From: Paramoeba atlantica
Taxonomy: Eukaryota; Protista; Discosea
DNA length: 39,693 nucleotides
Reading direction: 5' to 3'
Assembly: GCA_977017575.1 (NCBI GenBank)
Contig: CDRNVI010000102.1
Location: 1-39,693, forward strand
The notes beneath the pieces were generated by a model that was not told where the DNA came from, did no database searches, and saw only the letters and a program-made list of their open reading frames with translations. Below, one piece after another: positions 1 to 9,661 of the stretch (position 1 is its first letter; every line of letters begins with the position of its first letter). A program made the translations under genes and the position numbers.

Positions 1-268
1 GGTCATGGTCGAGCAATTTTTTTCGAAAAAATTAGTTTTCGAAACAATACCGCAGAAGGGGTAGCCGGGGTCTTGCCGCGCATTGTACACCCCCCTACCC
101 GGGGGTGACGCCCCCGCGTATCCGCAGGACGGCTCCGCCAAGTTCGGATTTTTTCGGAAAAGAAATTTTGAAAAAAAATTCAACTTGGCGAAAAAAATGA
201 CAAAAAAGATATTTTTCCAAAATCGTTTCCCCTATTGTATTTTGATAGTTTGGGACCTACACTAGCTT
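1..268 (+). repeat. Module A of the dispersed C-A-B-hairpin repeat family
   Basis: Near-identical sequence (ggtcatggtcgagcaatttt...gggacctacactagctt) recurs at ~31086-31350 and ~35753-36017 (+), partially at ~26450-26690 (+), and inverted at ~3795-4060, ~30195-30451 and ~34860-35115. Confidence 0.9.
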
Positions 269-320
269 TTTACCCGAAATTCGGCTATTTTTGGCTGTAA
301 TCGTTTCGTTTTCCAGGCTA

Positions 321-443
321 AATTTTCTTTTTTAGGCTCTTCGTTAAACGCGGTGGTGGTTTTCAACTCGGAGAGCGTAGCATGAGTGACTTCTAAGTTG
401 AAAACAACCACCGCGTTTAACGAAGAGCCTAAAAAAGAAAATT
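321..443. repeat. Hairpin module: 48-bp inverted repeat (1 mismatch) with 27-nt loop, terminus of module B
   Basis: 321-368 aattttcttttttaggctcttcgttaaacgcggtggtggttttcaact is the reverse complement of 396-443 except for one base. The same hairpin recurs at 27006-27122, ~29758-29873, ~30786-30905 and in each later tandem unit. Confidence 0.95.
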
Positions 444-484
444 GTTAAGTTGTCAAGTTATTATTAAGCTTCAACAATTTAATA

Positions 485-2809
485 TTATTCCGTCCCCCGG
501 TTTAGAAGCCCCGCTCCACTACGACATTCCTTGGTGACTCTTATTGAGCGGACGGATGCATCTATGTAAATATGAGCTTCTTTATCTTTATTAGGAAATG
601 GGTCACTACCTTCCTCCAAGAATTGTAAATCATATGAGTTTTCTTTTTCGACAGCACGCTTACAGAGACTCTTCCATTGTGATGTTTTAACGCGAGTATA
701 ATCCGGCAGTGGCTCGAGTTTGTGATGCAAAGTATCACAGAGTTTTCGCCAGTGATCGCAATCTTGGGAGTATACTAGAGCCTCTTCCAGAGTTATCCCT
801 AAGTCCCTAATGCATGCCTCAGCTGGTGACATAGTGCGTGACGTTTCTCGGGATTTCCATTTCATGAGGTGCTTAAAAGTCAAGGAATGTCGGAGGATAT
901 GGCCAACAAGCTTTGCGCGGCTCACGCGGTGTACGGTTGAGAACTGTGGCGTTCCACAATACAGAGACTCCAGTGGGTAACAGTGCCCAAATTCACCCAG
1001 CTTCGCGTATTGACAAGCGAATCTCCGCATCAAATTGATTTCAACCTCAATTGAGCGAATCATGGAATTAGGGATCGTTATAGCAGCTGCTCCAAATGTG
1101 AGTATGGGGTATACCAGGCAGTCAAATAATCGTAATTTTGTCGCCGCGCTCAGTGGGGATTCCCAAATTCCTTTGAGTTTCCGAAACCCTGCCCACGTTA
1201 GTCGAAGCCTATCTCGCACAGAGGAGGAATCATTGTACGCGTCTTGCATATTCCCTAAGTAACGGTATTTGTCGACATATGGAATCTTGCCGAAAAAGTT
1301 AGTACGTAGATCGCGCGTCCTACCAGGAATTTTTCCAAAAGCCAACCAAGCAGTTTTATTCTGGCCAACAGCGATGTGTAAATTAGCTTGTTTCGCTTCC
1401 TGTGCGGTAGAGTCAATCATCTTTGAAAGTTCACCCTTTGTGGGGGCCAGCAGGGCAATGCCATCAGCATAGTTAATATCCCGCAACCTCACCTCTTTGA
1501 TTCCCCTGCTTTTGGTTCCGCTTGTTTCAAGAATAAGACCCAATGGTTTCGTATCTAGAGCTCTATATAGAATGCGATCCACCACAAGCACGAAGAGATA
1601 TGGCGCTAACACATCATCCTGGAGAATACCAGTTTCGATCGGAAAGCCATCCGTATTCCCGTGTGGCGTGCGAACAATCCCATTCAAACCGGTATAGATT
1701 GACATGATGGTTCTAGTAATCAAGGGTCCTACATGAAAAGCACGGAGTGCAGCTCTAATTGCCTGAAAAGAAACTGATGGGAAGGATTTAGCAAAGTCAA
1801 GAAACGCCACGGCAATTCCCGATTTATCTCTGGATGCTCGAGTCTTCGTTTCATTAAACAACAGCTGCGCCCCTGCAGTCGATCGTTCTGGTCGAAAACC
1901 AAATTGAGTCTCCCGAAGCACTGATTCAATCGAAGGCCGAATGAGCTGCAATATCATACTATTCATCAGTTTGACCACGCTGTTGGCAAGGCATATGGGG
2001 CGCCAATTATTGATTTGAGTGAGATCACTCTTTTTCGGAATTGGAACCTGTAGCACATTCTTCGAACAATCTGGAGCAACACCAGTTTCTGAAACATTAT
2101 TGATAAGATCAAGGTGTGTGCGCCGTAATTCTCCGTGTTCCACCATTATACTAAGCACTTCGGCGGCTATTTCATCAATTCCAGGGGCTTTATTTCTTGC
2201 TAGCCTAGAGGCTCCAATCTGAAGCTCTTCTTCGGTAAATAATTCATCTCTTATTGGAATCAATGATTTCCTCGCCTCGTCGAATTCGATGTCCGGGTTT
2301 CCCTGATCGTCGTTTCCTATGTTTGAAAAGAAATCGCGAACCACTTTCAAAGTCTCGTTCGTCGATGTAGTGTTGATACATAGGGTGTCGCGGTAAATGC
2401 CACATATGTTCCGCAATGTTCTCCACGGGTTTGCCCTGTTAGACCGAAGCCCTTTCTCTATCTCTGCACACTCCCGAGAAATTTGATCCTCGATATACTT
2501 CCCATGCGTTTCAACAAGTGTCTTGAAGTGTTCTGGTTTCCTGCTTTTCTGAAAGACATCTCGGAACTTCATCTCTTCTTTTGTCTCGTTTGAAAAGTGC
2601 ACTTTATCGCAAGGATCTTCTTGGAAAGTCTTTAGTTCATCGCTCTTGGACATCTTTTTGCATACGCTTTTCATAGTGTCAGATATCTTTTCCCAAGTTA
2701 CAACAGGTTCCTTTTGTATTGCCTCCCAAACTTTTTGCTGGAAAGTGACTCGATTCTTTTCATCACGTAATTTTATTAGGATAGTTTTAGGATAGTTGCA
2801 AGTCAGCAC
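485..2809 (-). pseudogene. 5'- and 3'-truncated non-LTR retrotransposon ORF (RT plus start of RNase H), catalytically dead
   Basis: 774-aa ORF highly similar to the C-terminal two thirds of the 9658-13182 ORF (NWRPICL, QFGFRPERST, FLDFAKSF). Carries ILQDD instead of ILQGD and YADG instead of YADD. Ends just after the RNase H HIYIDAS...GAG motif. Confidence 0.92.
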
Positions 2810-2845
2810 ATTCTATCTTATTGATAGAATGTGCTGACTTGCAAC
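2795..2845. repeat. Perfect 23-bp inverted repeat with 5-nt loop at the 5' truncation junction of the LINE copy
   Basis: gttgcaagtcagcacattctatc-ttatt-gatagaatgtgctgacttgcaac. Confidence 0.9.
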
Positions 2846-3130
2846 CTATTGCCTTTTCGCGCGTTACGTCCAACAACAGTCCCTTTCAATTTGTAGCTCT
2901 CTGAATTCTGCCGAAACCCCCATTCTATTACGCATTCAGTGCCTTTCTCCCATTTCGCTACGGTGTTGTGAACTTGATCTGCTGATTTTGTGCTGTTGTT
3001 TAGCATCGCCATTTCTCCCTGATCAGCGTCGGAATCACTGTCTAGCGTCATTTGATCACGCTCACTTTCGGTGCCATTAACGCTCGTAGCGAACAAACGT
3101 CAAATCGTTCGCTCGTAACGAACTAACGTC

Positions 3131-3476
3131 CTCAAAATGACCCATTTTTGACCACAAAAGGTGAAAAAGTATTTTTCGGACCTAAAGGGGCATTTTTGTG
3201 TCGAAAGAATGGTATGGTTGGAGTCGCATTCTCTACCCAATACGTTCGGTAGGCTTCCATTCATGCCTACGAGTGATTTCCCACGCGCAAATGTCGGATT
3301 TAGTGCTCTGACAACAAAAATACGCGAAAATCACCCCATTTTTACCCGAAATTCGGCTATTTTTGGCTATAATCTTTCCATTTTCCTGGCCAATTTTCTT
3401 TTTTAGGCTCTTCGTTAAACGCAGCGGTAGTTTTCAACGCGAAGCGCGCAGCATGAGTGACTTCTAAGTCTCAACT
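3131..3476 (+). repeat. Module B of the repeat family with a truncated hairpin
   Basis: ctcaaaatgacccatttttgaccacaaaagg...aggctcttcgttaaacgc matches ~26741-27077. The second hairpin arm is lost after gacttctaagt. Confidence 0.9.
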
Positions 3477-3794
3477 ACGTGAGTACATTCCGAAGGATAA
3501 CTGGATAGGTGGGCTTCGCTTCTAGAAGGTCACTAAGTGTGTTCGAATACTCTCCCTCCCCCAATCTTATCTCACTTTGCTTCTTCTTTCACTTTGCTTC
3601 TTCCACCTAGTTGCTTGCTCTTTCCTAGCCAAAGACGAAGGGCTAGCCGAGCTACTCCCATCCTCCTCTTCCTCCTACTAATACGAAGATCAGAATATTA
3701 GGTTCCTCTATAATATGTAAACTTCTGGTTGCAACTTCTGCGTTCGGAATATTATGTAAAAGTGAACATTCTTTAATAGTCCAGGTGGGTTCCA

Positions 3795-4222
3795 AGCTAG
3801 TGTAGGTCCCAAACTATCAAAATACAATAGGGGAAACGATTTTGGAAAAATATTTTTTTTGTCATTTTTTTCGCCAAGTTGAATTTTTTTTCAAAAAATT
3901 TTTTCCGAAAAAATCTGAACTTGGCGGACCCGTCCTGCGGATACGCGGGGGGGTCACCCCCGGGTAGGGGGGTGGAAAATGCGCGCCAAGACCCCGGCTA
4001 CCCTTTCTGCGGTTTTTTTTCGAAAACTAATTTTTTCGAAAAAATTTGCTCGACCATGACCCCCCCTGGACCCCCCCCTGGACTCCCCCCATGGACCCCC
4101 CATTTTTTTCAAATTTTTTTTTCAGTTTTGGACCACCGGAGCCCCCTTTTATATTTTTTTCTTCTATTATATTACTGTGTTCCCCTTTATATTTTCACTG
4201 TTTTTGTTCACTTTTTTTTTCA
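3795..4222 (-). repeat. Modules A and C in inverted orientation
   Basis: Reverse complement of module A (1-268) followed by the G-rich module C seen at ~30910-31085. Confidence 0.88.
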
Positions 4223-4269
4223 ATAATCGAGTGTAGAGCGGTAGTTTTACAACCACCGCAATAGTGAGT

Positions 4270-5115
4270 ATTGAACCGCTTGCTATAACGGTATGGCAAA
4301 AGTGAATATAGAACCGCTTGCTAAGGTCTGGAAAGTTAGCGAGCGAATCATGTCCGCACACTTTCCGATGGAAGATGGTGTCGGAACACTGGTTAATATA
4401 CATATAACCTAAGAAAGAGGAAGAAAGAGGAAGAAAATAAGAGATTCTATAAGGGATTCTTCGGAAGATGTTTCTACCGCGTTTTACGGAGAACTGACTT
4501 CTTTGTGTCAACAATTACAGGCCAGTAACCCGCGTCGCCCTATTCTTGTCATGGGGGATTTTAATTCGCCGTTAACGCTCGTAACGAACAAACGTTTAGA
4601 TCCCCCAGCGGTTGCTAGATTTCGTGGGCTTTTATGCTCGATTGGGTATAAATCTGCACACAGCAAATTTTTCTCGCCTATGAGCAGCAGTGATGCCGGA
4701 GATCCAGATACTGTGTTTGAGGAGGCACGGATTTCACACATTCCAAGAGATGACTCCCCGTTTAATCGCCATGAACTTGAAACCAGCGTGCTACGTCTAG
4801 CTAAGAACAAATCTCTTGGAAAGGATCAAATACCTGTAGAAGTGCTGCTCGCCATCACAGAATATGAACCACTGAAAGAATATCTGCTTCGTGTGCTCAA
4901 TGCAGTTTATGAAACCGGGGTAGCGCCCGATTCTTGGAAGGAAGTACTCCAAGTCCCTATTCCCAAGAAGGGTGACCTCAGCCAAATATAGAATTGGCGC
5001 CCTATATGCCTAGTAAATACCATCGTCAAATTAATGAACATGATGATCCTCGAGCGTATACGTCCATCTACCGAGCTTGTACTCCGAGAAAATCAGTTTG
5101 GTTTCCGGCCAGACC
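4270..5115 (+). pseudogene. Degenerate, internally deleted non-LTR retrotransposon fragment (APE part fused to RT N-terminus)
   Basis: Translates to YNGMA...KVWKVSERIM, ILVMGDFNSP (APE), then QVPIPKKGDLSQI*NWRPICLVN...QFGFRPDR (RT) with an in-frame TAG. Interrupted at 5116 by a SINE. Confidence 0.85.
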
Positions 5116-5545
5116 GCGGTGCGGGCGTAGTTGGTAGACGGTGGGCCTTACAACCTGCAGGTTGGGGGTTTGATTCCCGCTATCGACAAAACTCGTAACC
5201 TGGCGGCCTCACTAAAAAGGGAAAGCGATCAGGAGTGCCTTCAAGGCCCACACCCAACCCCGCTCACCTGGAGGACCGACCCGGACCCGCAGAGCTGAAC
5301 CAGGCTCCAGCGCAGCCGCTAAATTGCGAGCTGCCTACGCAAAGGAGGCTTGAGACACAGCCTACACGATGCAACGGGGTTGGACGCCCGTCCTGGTAGC
5401 TACGGTTGGGTAGCCGTGCTCGGGCCGCAAGGCGTCGAGTGCCGTCTGGGAAGGGAGTAGCAAGACAATAAAGGTCGGTGACCTGAGACTCTACCCTAAC
5501 GGTTGGCGCTGCAGAGCCCTCCGTGTTCTTCTTCTTCTTCTTCCG
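5116..5545 (+). mobile_element. tRNA-Val(TAC)-derived SINE, copy 1
   Basis: About 400 bp closely matching 17308-17712. tRNA-like head (tagttggtag A-box region, ct-TAC-aa loop, degenerate B-box gtttgattcc, 3' atcgaca) and a (TTC)n tail. Confidence 0.75.
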
Positions 5546-5621
5546 CTTTTCCGGTGAACTATAGATCCGGCATTCAGAAATCGTTTTCCGGCCTCCACCT
5601 CCTTGTAAGTAGTACAAGGTC

Positions 5622-5988
5622 TTATTGAGGGAGATACGGAGTATCTAACTCGCTTAATAAGGTTAATTCCAAAACTTGAATGAATGCCCCTCAAAGAAGC
5701 GAGAGATCGAGTTTTTTTCAAAATTTTAAAACGTAGCAGTAGCTCATTAGATGAACTCATTAATACTCGAAAAATCATCTACAACGACCTCATTTCCCAA
5801 ATTGTAGAACACTTTTGGTAAAAAAAAGTGCGTCTGCAAAGGTCTGCGATACGACAAACTGGTTGACTAAGGAGAGTCCTTTGAGTAGTCCAGTTGGTAA
5901 AGGGGTTCCATTTTGACGCTGGATGTCCGCGGTTCGATTCCCGGCATCGACATTTTTGAACAAAAAAAATTATATGCTCAAAATCGCA
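5622..5988 (+). mobile_element. Fragment of unclassified element E (opposite orientation to 14518-14881 and 26070-26370)
   Basis: Near-exact reverse complement of 14518-14881, including the tRNA-like cassette. Confidence 0.85.
5879..5952 (+). promoter_or_regulatory. tRNA-like Pol III type-2 cassette (A-box, B-box, T5 terminator); not a foldable tRNA
   Basis: TAGTCCAGTTGG at 5886-5897, GGTTCGATTCC at 5931-5941, TTTTT at 5953-5957. The acceptor and anticodon stems do not pair properly. Matching copies at 14552-14625 and 26107-26180 (minus). Confidence 0.6.
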
Positions 5989-6057
5989 GTCAATGAGGCA
6001 TATTTTTCCTCATCTGTGCTGCTCAACTAGGATAGCAATGTATCAGAGGCATCGATT

Positions 6058-7074
6058 TTGTCTCTTGTTCCTCTATCGAAAGTTGAGCAAAACGAAGACA
6101 TTCTTTTAGAAAAAGAGTTCTCGCTCCAAGAAGCAATGTATTCTGATAGCGTATTACCCTGCACAAAAGAAGGGGAATCGGGTAAAAAGACAATTCTACG
6201 CAGTGACCAATTCTCAGAACAGAGTGAACGAAATTTACAAGACAGAAAGAGTAAATTGCATGAACTTAATGTCCGTGCACAGCACTCAAGAAAGAAATGT
6301 CATGATTTTTTCTCGGCGGAACACCACACTACAACACTTTCCCGAACATTGTTGGCACCTTATCCTTCCTTTGAAGCCTCAAGGATATTAGACTACTTGT
6401 TTTTGGGATCATATACAGATGCGATGAACTTAAAAGCTCTTCAAGCATTGGGAATAACGCATATACTTAATGTTGCTAAAGAATGTGATAATAATTCTTT
6501 TTCTTTAGCATTACGCGATCTAAACAGAAAGCAATTGACTCGTTCACAGGTATTTCCAGATCAAATACAAATCACGCATCATGACGCACGTGAGGTTTCC
6601 CGTTTGCTGGGAACATCTGAAGCATACAGGAACGATATTGACACTTCCTATGATCATATACATTCTTGTCTTCCTGCTCCTGACAGACTTGATGGTATAT
6701 TGGCAAAATCATGGCAACTGACGCAAGATATTCATAATGCCCTTTCTCATTCTATAACTTTTCTTCAACTTGGAATACAAGACAAGCACGCGGAAGATAT
6801 CACACGATTGTTTCTTCCTAGTATTTTTTTTATTAATCGCACTCGTCAATCGGGCGGTAAAGTTCTTATTCACTGTCATCGCGGCATCAGTCGTTCTCCT
6901 GCTGTTGTTCTCTCATATCTTATTCATGAATTTCACTTGACTCTTGAACAAGCCATGAACCATATAGAATCCCGTAGGGCACAAATATGTCCGAATCTTT
7001 CTTTCATTTTAGCCCTTGAGGATTGGCGCCTTCGAAACAAATGCACAGCATCAAATTTCGAAGTTTTTACTTAA
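6058..7074 (+). CDS. Dual-specificity protein phosphatase (MKP/DUSP-type catalytic domain); start not resolved
   Basis: ASRILDYLFLGS...LGITHILNVA, acid-loop Asp in IQDKHAEDI, intact P-loop VLIHCHRGISRSPAVVLSYL, and RAQICPNLSFILAL. The frame is open from 6031 after a pyrimidine tract ending in TAG; 6058 is TTG and the first in-frame ATG is about 26 codons later. Confidence 0.88.
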   Translation: MSLVPLSKVEQNEDILLEKEFSLQEAMYSDSVLPCTKEGESGKKTILRSDQFSEQSERNLQDRKSKLHELNVRAQHSRKKCHDFFSAEHHTTTLSRTLLAPYPSFEASRILDYLFLGSYTDAMNLKALQALGITHILNVAKECDNNSFSLALRDLNRKQLTRSQVFPDQIQITHHDAREVSRLLGTSEAYRNDIDTSYDHIHSCLPAPDRLDGILAKSWQLTQDIHNALSHSITFLQLGIQDKHAEDITRLFLPSIFFINRTRQSGGKVLIHCHRGISRSPAVVLSYLIHEFHLTLEQAMNHIESRRAQICPNLSFILALEDWRLRNKCTASNFEVFT

Positions 7075-7354
7075 AGGGGTGGGGTACGTCTACACTCGAA
7101 AGTATGTACACAGTCGCTGGAGGTCGCTGACAGTCACTGACAATGGCCTGACAGTCGCTGGAAGTCAGGATGACTAGAAATAGGTCGGAGCGCCGGAGTA
7201 CTACCAGGAATTCAAACCTGCTGTACCCCCCGTTTTTAAAACTCATTTTATTCATAGTCTAACTAGTATTTTAGTATAAACTTTTAAACCCCCTGTACAA
7301 TTATTAGTCCACTTTTTTATTAAACCCCATTCCGGTTTACACCCCCGCCAGAAA

Positions 7355-8270
7355 GTACTCCCTTTGGTATGACAAAAGAATTTCCTATTCGAACGGGAAT
7401 TCTGCAGGGCGATGTCCTTGCGTCTTATATTTTTGTCCTTGTTTTAGATCGCATTCTCTATCAGGCTTTAGATCGCAATGCAAGTGGTATGCTCATGAGA
7501 AGCGAGGGGACTAGGAGTCGTGGTATTAAGGAATTCCGGATGTCAGACGTTGGCTACGCAGACGATGTGGCTCTTGTGTCCTCATCTGCGGAGGGTTTGT
7601 TGGGTATGGTGGGATCAACAGCAAGGGAAGCAGCACCTGCAAGCTTGCGCCTTGCCGTAAGAGAATCTAAGGCCGCGTGGATGACGTTTGGGAAACCTTC
7701 AGGCGCAGATCTTAGTCTTAGCTCAAATTATTGTGGCGCACTTCCAAAGGTACCAAAGTACAGACATCTTAGAAACGTCCAAGGAGGACAGGGAACCATT
7801 AAAGATAGGCTGAGGTTGGCATGGGCAGATTTTACAAAGCTTCGGGGTATTTGGGTAGCCCCACTTAAACCTTCTACAAATCTTAGATTGTTTGATGCTC
7901 TCGTGTACCCGGTTCTAAACTTTGGCTCGGGGGCTCTCTCGGTTTCCTCTAAAGACGCTACGGTGCATTGACGTACAGGTAAACGTCATGCGGAGAACGG
8001 CATGCAATACCGGTCGGTTGGGTGAATTCGGCAAGTGCTATCCCAATTGCGCGTTGTGGACACCCCGAAGTTTTCTACGATCCACAAAATAAGCCGAGCA
8101 AAATTAGTTGGTCGTTTACTTCGCCACAGCACCTCTTATAAGGAGCTTCTCCTCTGGAATGGAAGAGAAAAGTCGCGTAAGCTTTCAGCGGCCGAAGAAT
8201 GTATTCGTGACTTGGGAATCACGCTCGAAGAGGCCCTTGCATTTTCGCACGATTACAAAAACGTGCCCGT
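7355..8270 (+). pseudogene. Non-LTR retrotransposon RT C-terminal fragment
   Basis: TPFGMTKEFPIRTGILQGDVLASYIF...YADD...KDRLRLAW, then frameshifted RAKLVGRLLRH...CIRDLGITLEEAL, homologous to the 9658-13182 ORF. Confidence 0.88.
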
Positions 8271-8887
8271 CTTTTTCATTTTGCTAGCCCTTCCTTTCTT
8301 TTCCCGGAAACGGGCGTATTCTTACATTTAAATGCCCGTTTCCGGCTGACGGCTAGCTGAAACTGTCCCTCTTTGTCGCGGAAGTAGGGGACGCACTTCG
8401 CACTCTTCACCCCTCCCCGGCTCGCTCTCTTCGAGTGAGCTTTCTTCCCTCCCCGGCTCTCTCCTTCTCGTGCTTTCTTCTCCCGGGAGCTATGCGCCAT
8501 GGTGGCCTCCCTTGAGGACCACTGGGCGTGCTACAGCGGGAGGACACGTTGTATGCGTGTATAGGGGATGCGAACTTGCACCCCTCTCTCCCTACATGCT
8601 GTAGCGAGTGCGGCGGTAACGGACCTCCCCATGATGCATCATGATCCACGATAGACCATCTGACAGCATGAACCCACGGCTTGACCGTGTTGCAGCATGA
8701 ACCATGGCTATACGTGCTGTAGCATGACCGATGGGCGTCTCGTCTCCTACCTCGCACTCCACTCTCTGTGTGACACCCGTCGTATGCGGGTCATGCGCCG
8801 ATGTTATCGGCCGTCACACAGAGAGACTTATCTCTGCGCCACGAGCGTATGATCACAACCACATCCTCGCTCTGTGTCTCTCCTGCC

Positions 8888-8910
8888 CCAATCCAATCCA
8901 ATCCAATCCA
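8888..8910 (-). repeat. (TTGGA)4 LINE 3' tail
   Basis: ccaat x4 on the plus strand, immediately next to the TSD. Confidence 0.8.
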
Positions 8911-9094
8911 AAAAGGCCGATATAAATCGGCTAGAAACACTACTGTTTTGTATTTCGTGAGGACACTTTTCTCTTAGGTGAATCCTCCCTCTCAATACCC
9001 ACCGTTTCATGTAGCACCCTTGGTCCTTCATGATCTTTATTTTCTCCAACACCATGCCCCCCCAGTAATAAGTCCTCACTCTCTTCGGATGGTT

Positions 9095-9661
9095 TCACTC
9101 CGGAATCTCTAGGAAGTAATACACCTTTTTTGTGGATAGGTTCCACCCAGTATTTGATATCTTGCGTTTGTTAGCAATATTCTTACCGTTACTCTTGGGA
9201 TTATAAATTTCTCGCATTTGTGAAGGGTTTACGAGCTCCGTGGTATGGCTATTCAATGTCTTTTTCCTCTTTGTTTCCGGATAGGATGCCGCAAGTTTGC
9301 GAGAGCCAGCAAGTGCTAGCGCATCGGCTTTCTCGTTATGGACATTTCCATTGTGTGACTTCACCGTACCTACACAACATATAATATTTTTAGATTGTAG
9401 AGAACGGACCTGTAAATCTATGTCTTCTAGCAACTTTCCGTTTGGCACACTACCATACCCAATCACACGACGTCTGAGACGCATGTGGTGAAAAAAGTTC
9501 CAAACGTAGAATGAATCCGTATGTATCATGATGGCATCAATTCCTGGTGGGATTCTCTTGATCGCCTCATAAAAGGCTTCCGCTTCAGCTATCTCGGACG
9601 AAGGAGCCTCAAGTCGTAATGATATAAACTTGTCTTGTGTCCACTCTTGTCGGATTACTAG
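9095..9661 (-). CDS. RNase H domain, frameshifted continuation of the polyprotein
   Basis: A -1 frame change at ~9661 gives LVIRQEW...SSEIAEAEAFYEAIKRI...IHTDSF...VKSHNGNVHNEKADALALAG, completing the D-E-D-D catalytic set plus the His loop. Confidence 0.85.
   Translation of the reverse strand, partial: LVIRQEWTQDKFISLRLEAPSSEIAEAEAFYEAIKRIPPGIDAIMIHTDSFYVWNFFHHMRLRRRVIGYGSVPNGKLLEDIDLQVRSLQSKNIICCVGTVKSHNGNVHNEKADALALAGSRKLAASYPETKRKKTLNSHTTELVNPSQMREIYNPKSNGKNIANKRKISNTGWNLSTKKVYYFLEIPE

Noticed and set aside
5116-5190. Functional tRNA-Val gene (also 17306-17380) or functional tRNA at 5879-5952
   Set aside because: Mismatched acceptor, anticodon and T stems; the Val-like heads continue into a 350-bp shared body, as in a SINE.
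7075-7355. Possible small TIR element after the DUSP stop
   Set aside because: Only short G/C-run complementarity (ggggtac/gtacccc); no convincing TIR pair or TSD and no second copy in the window.
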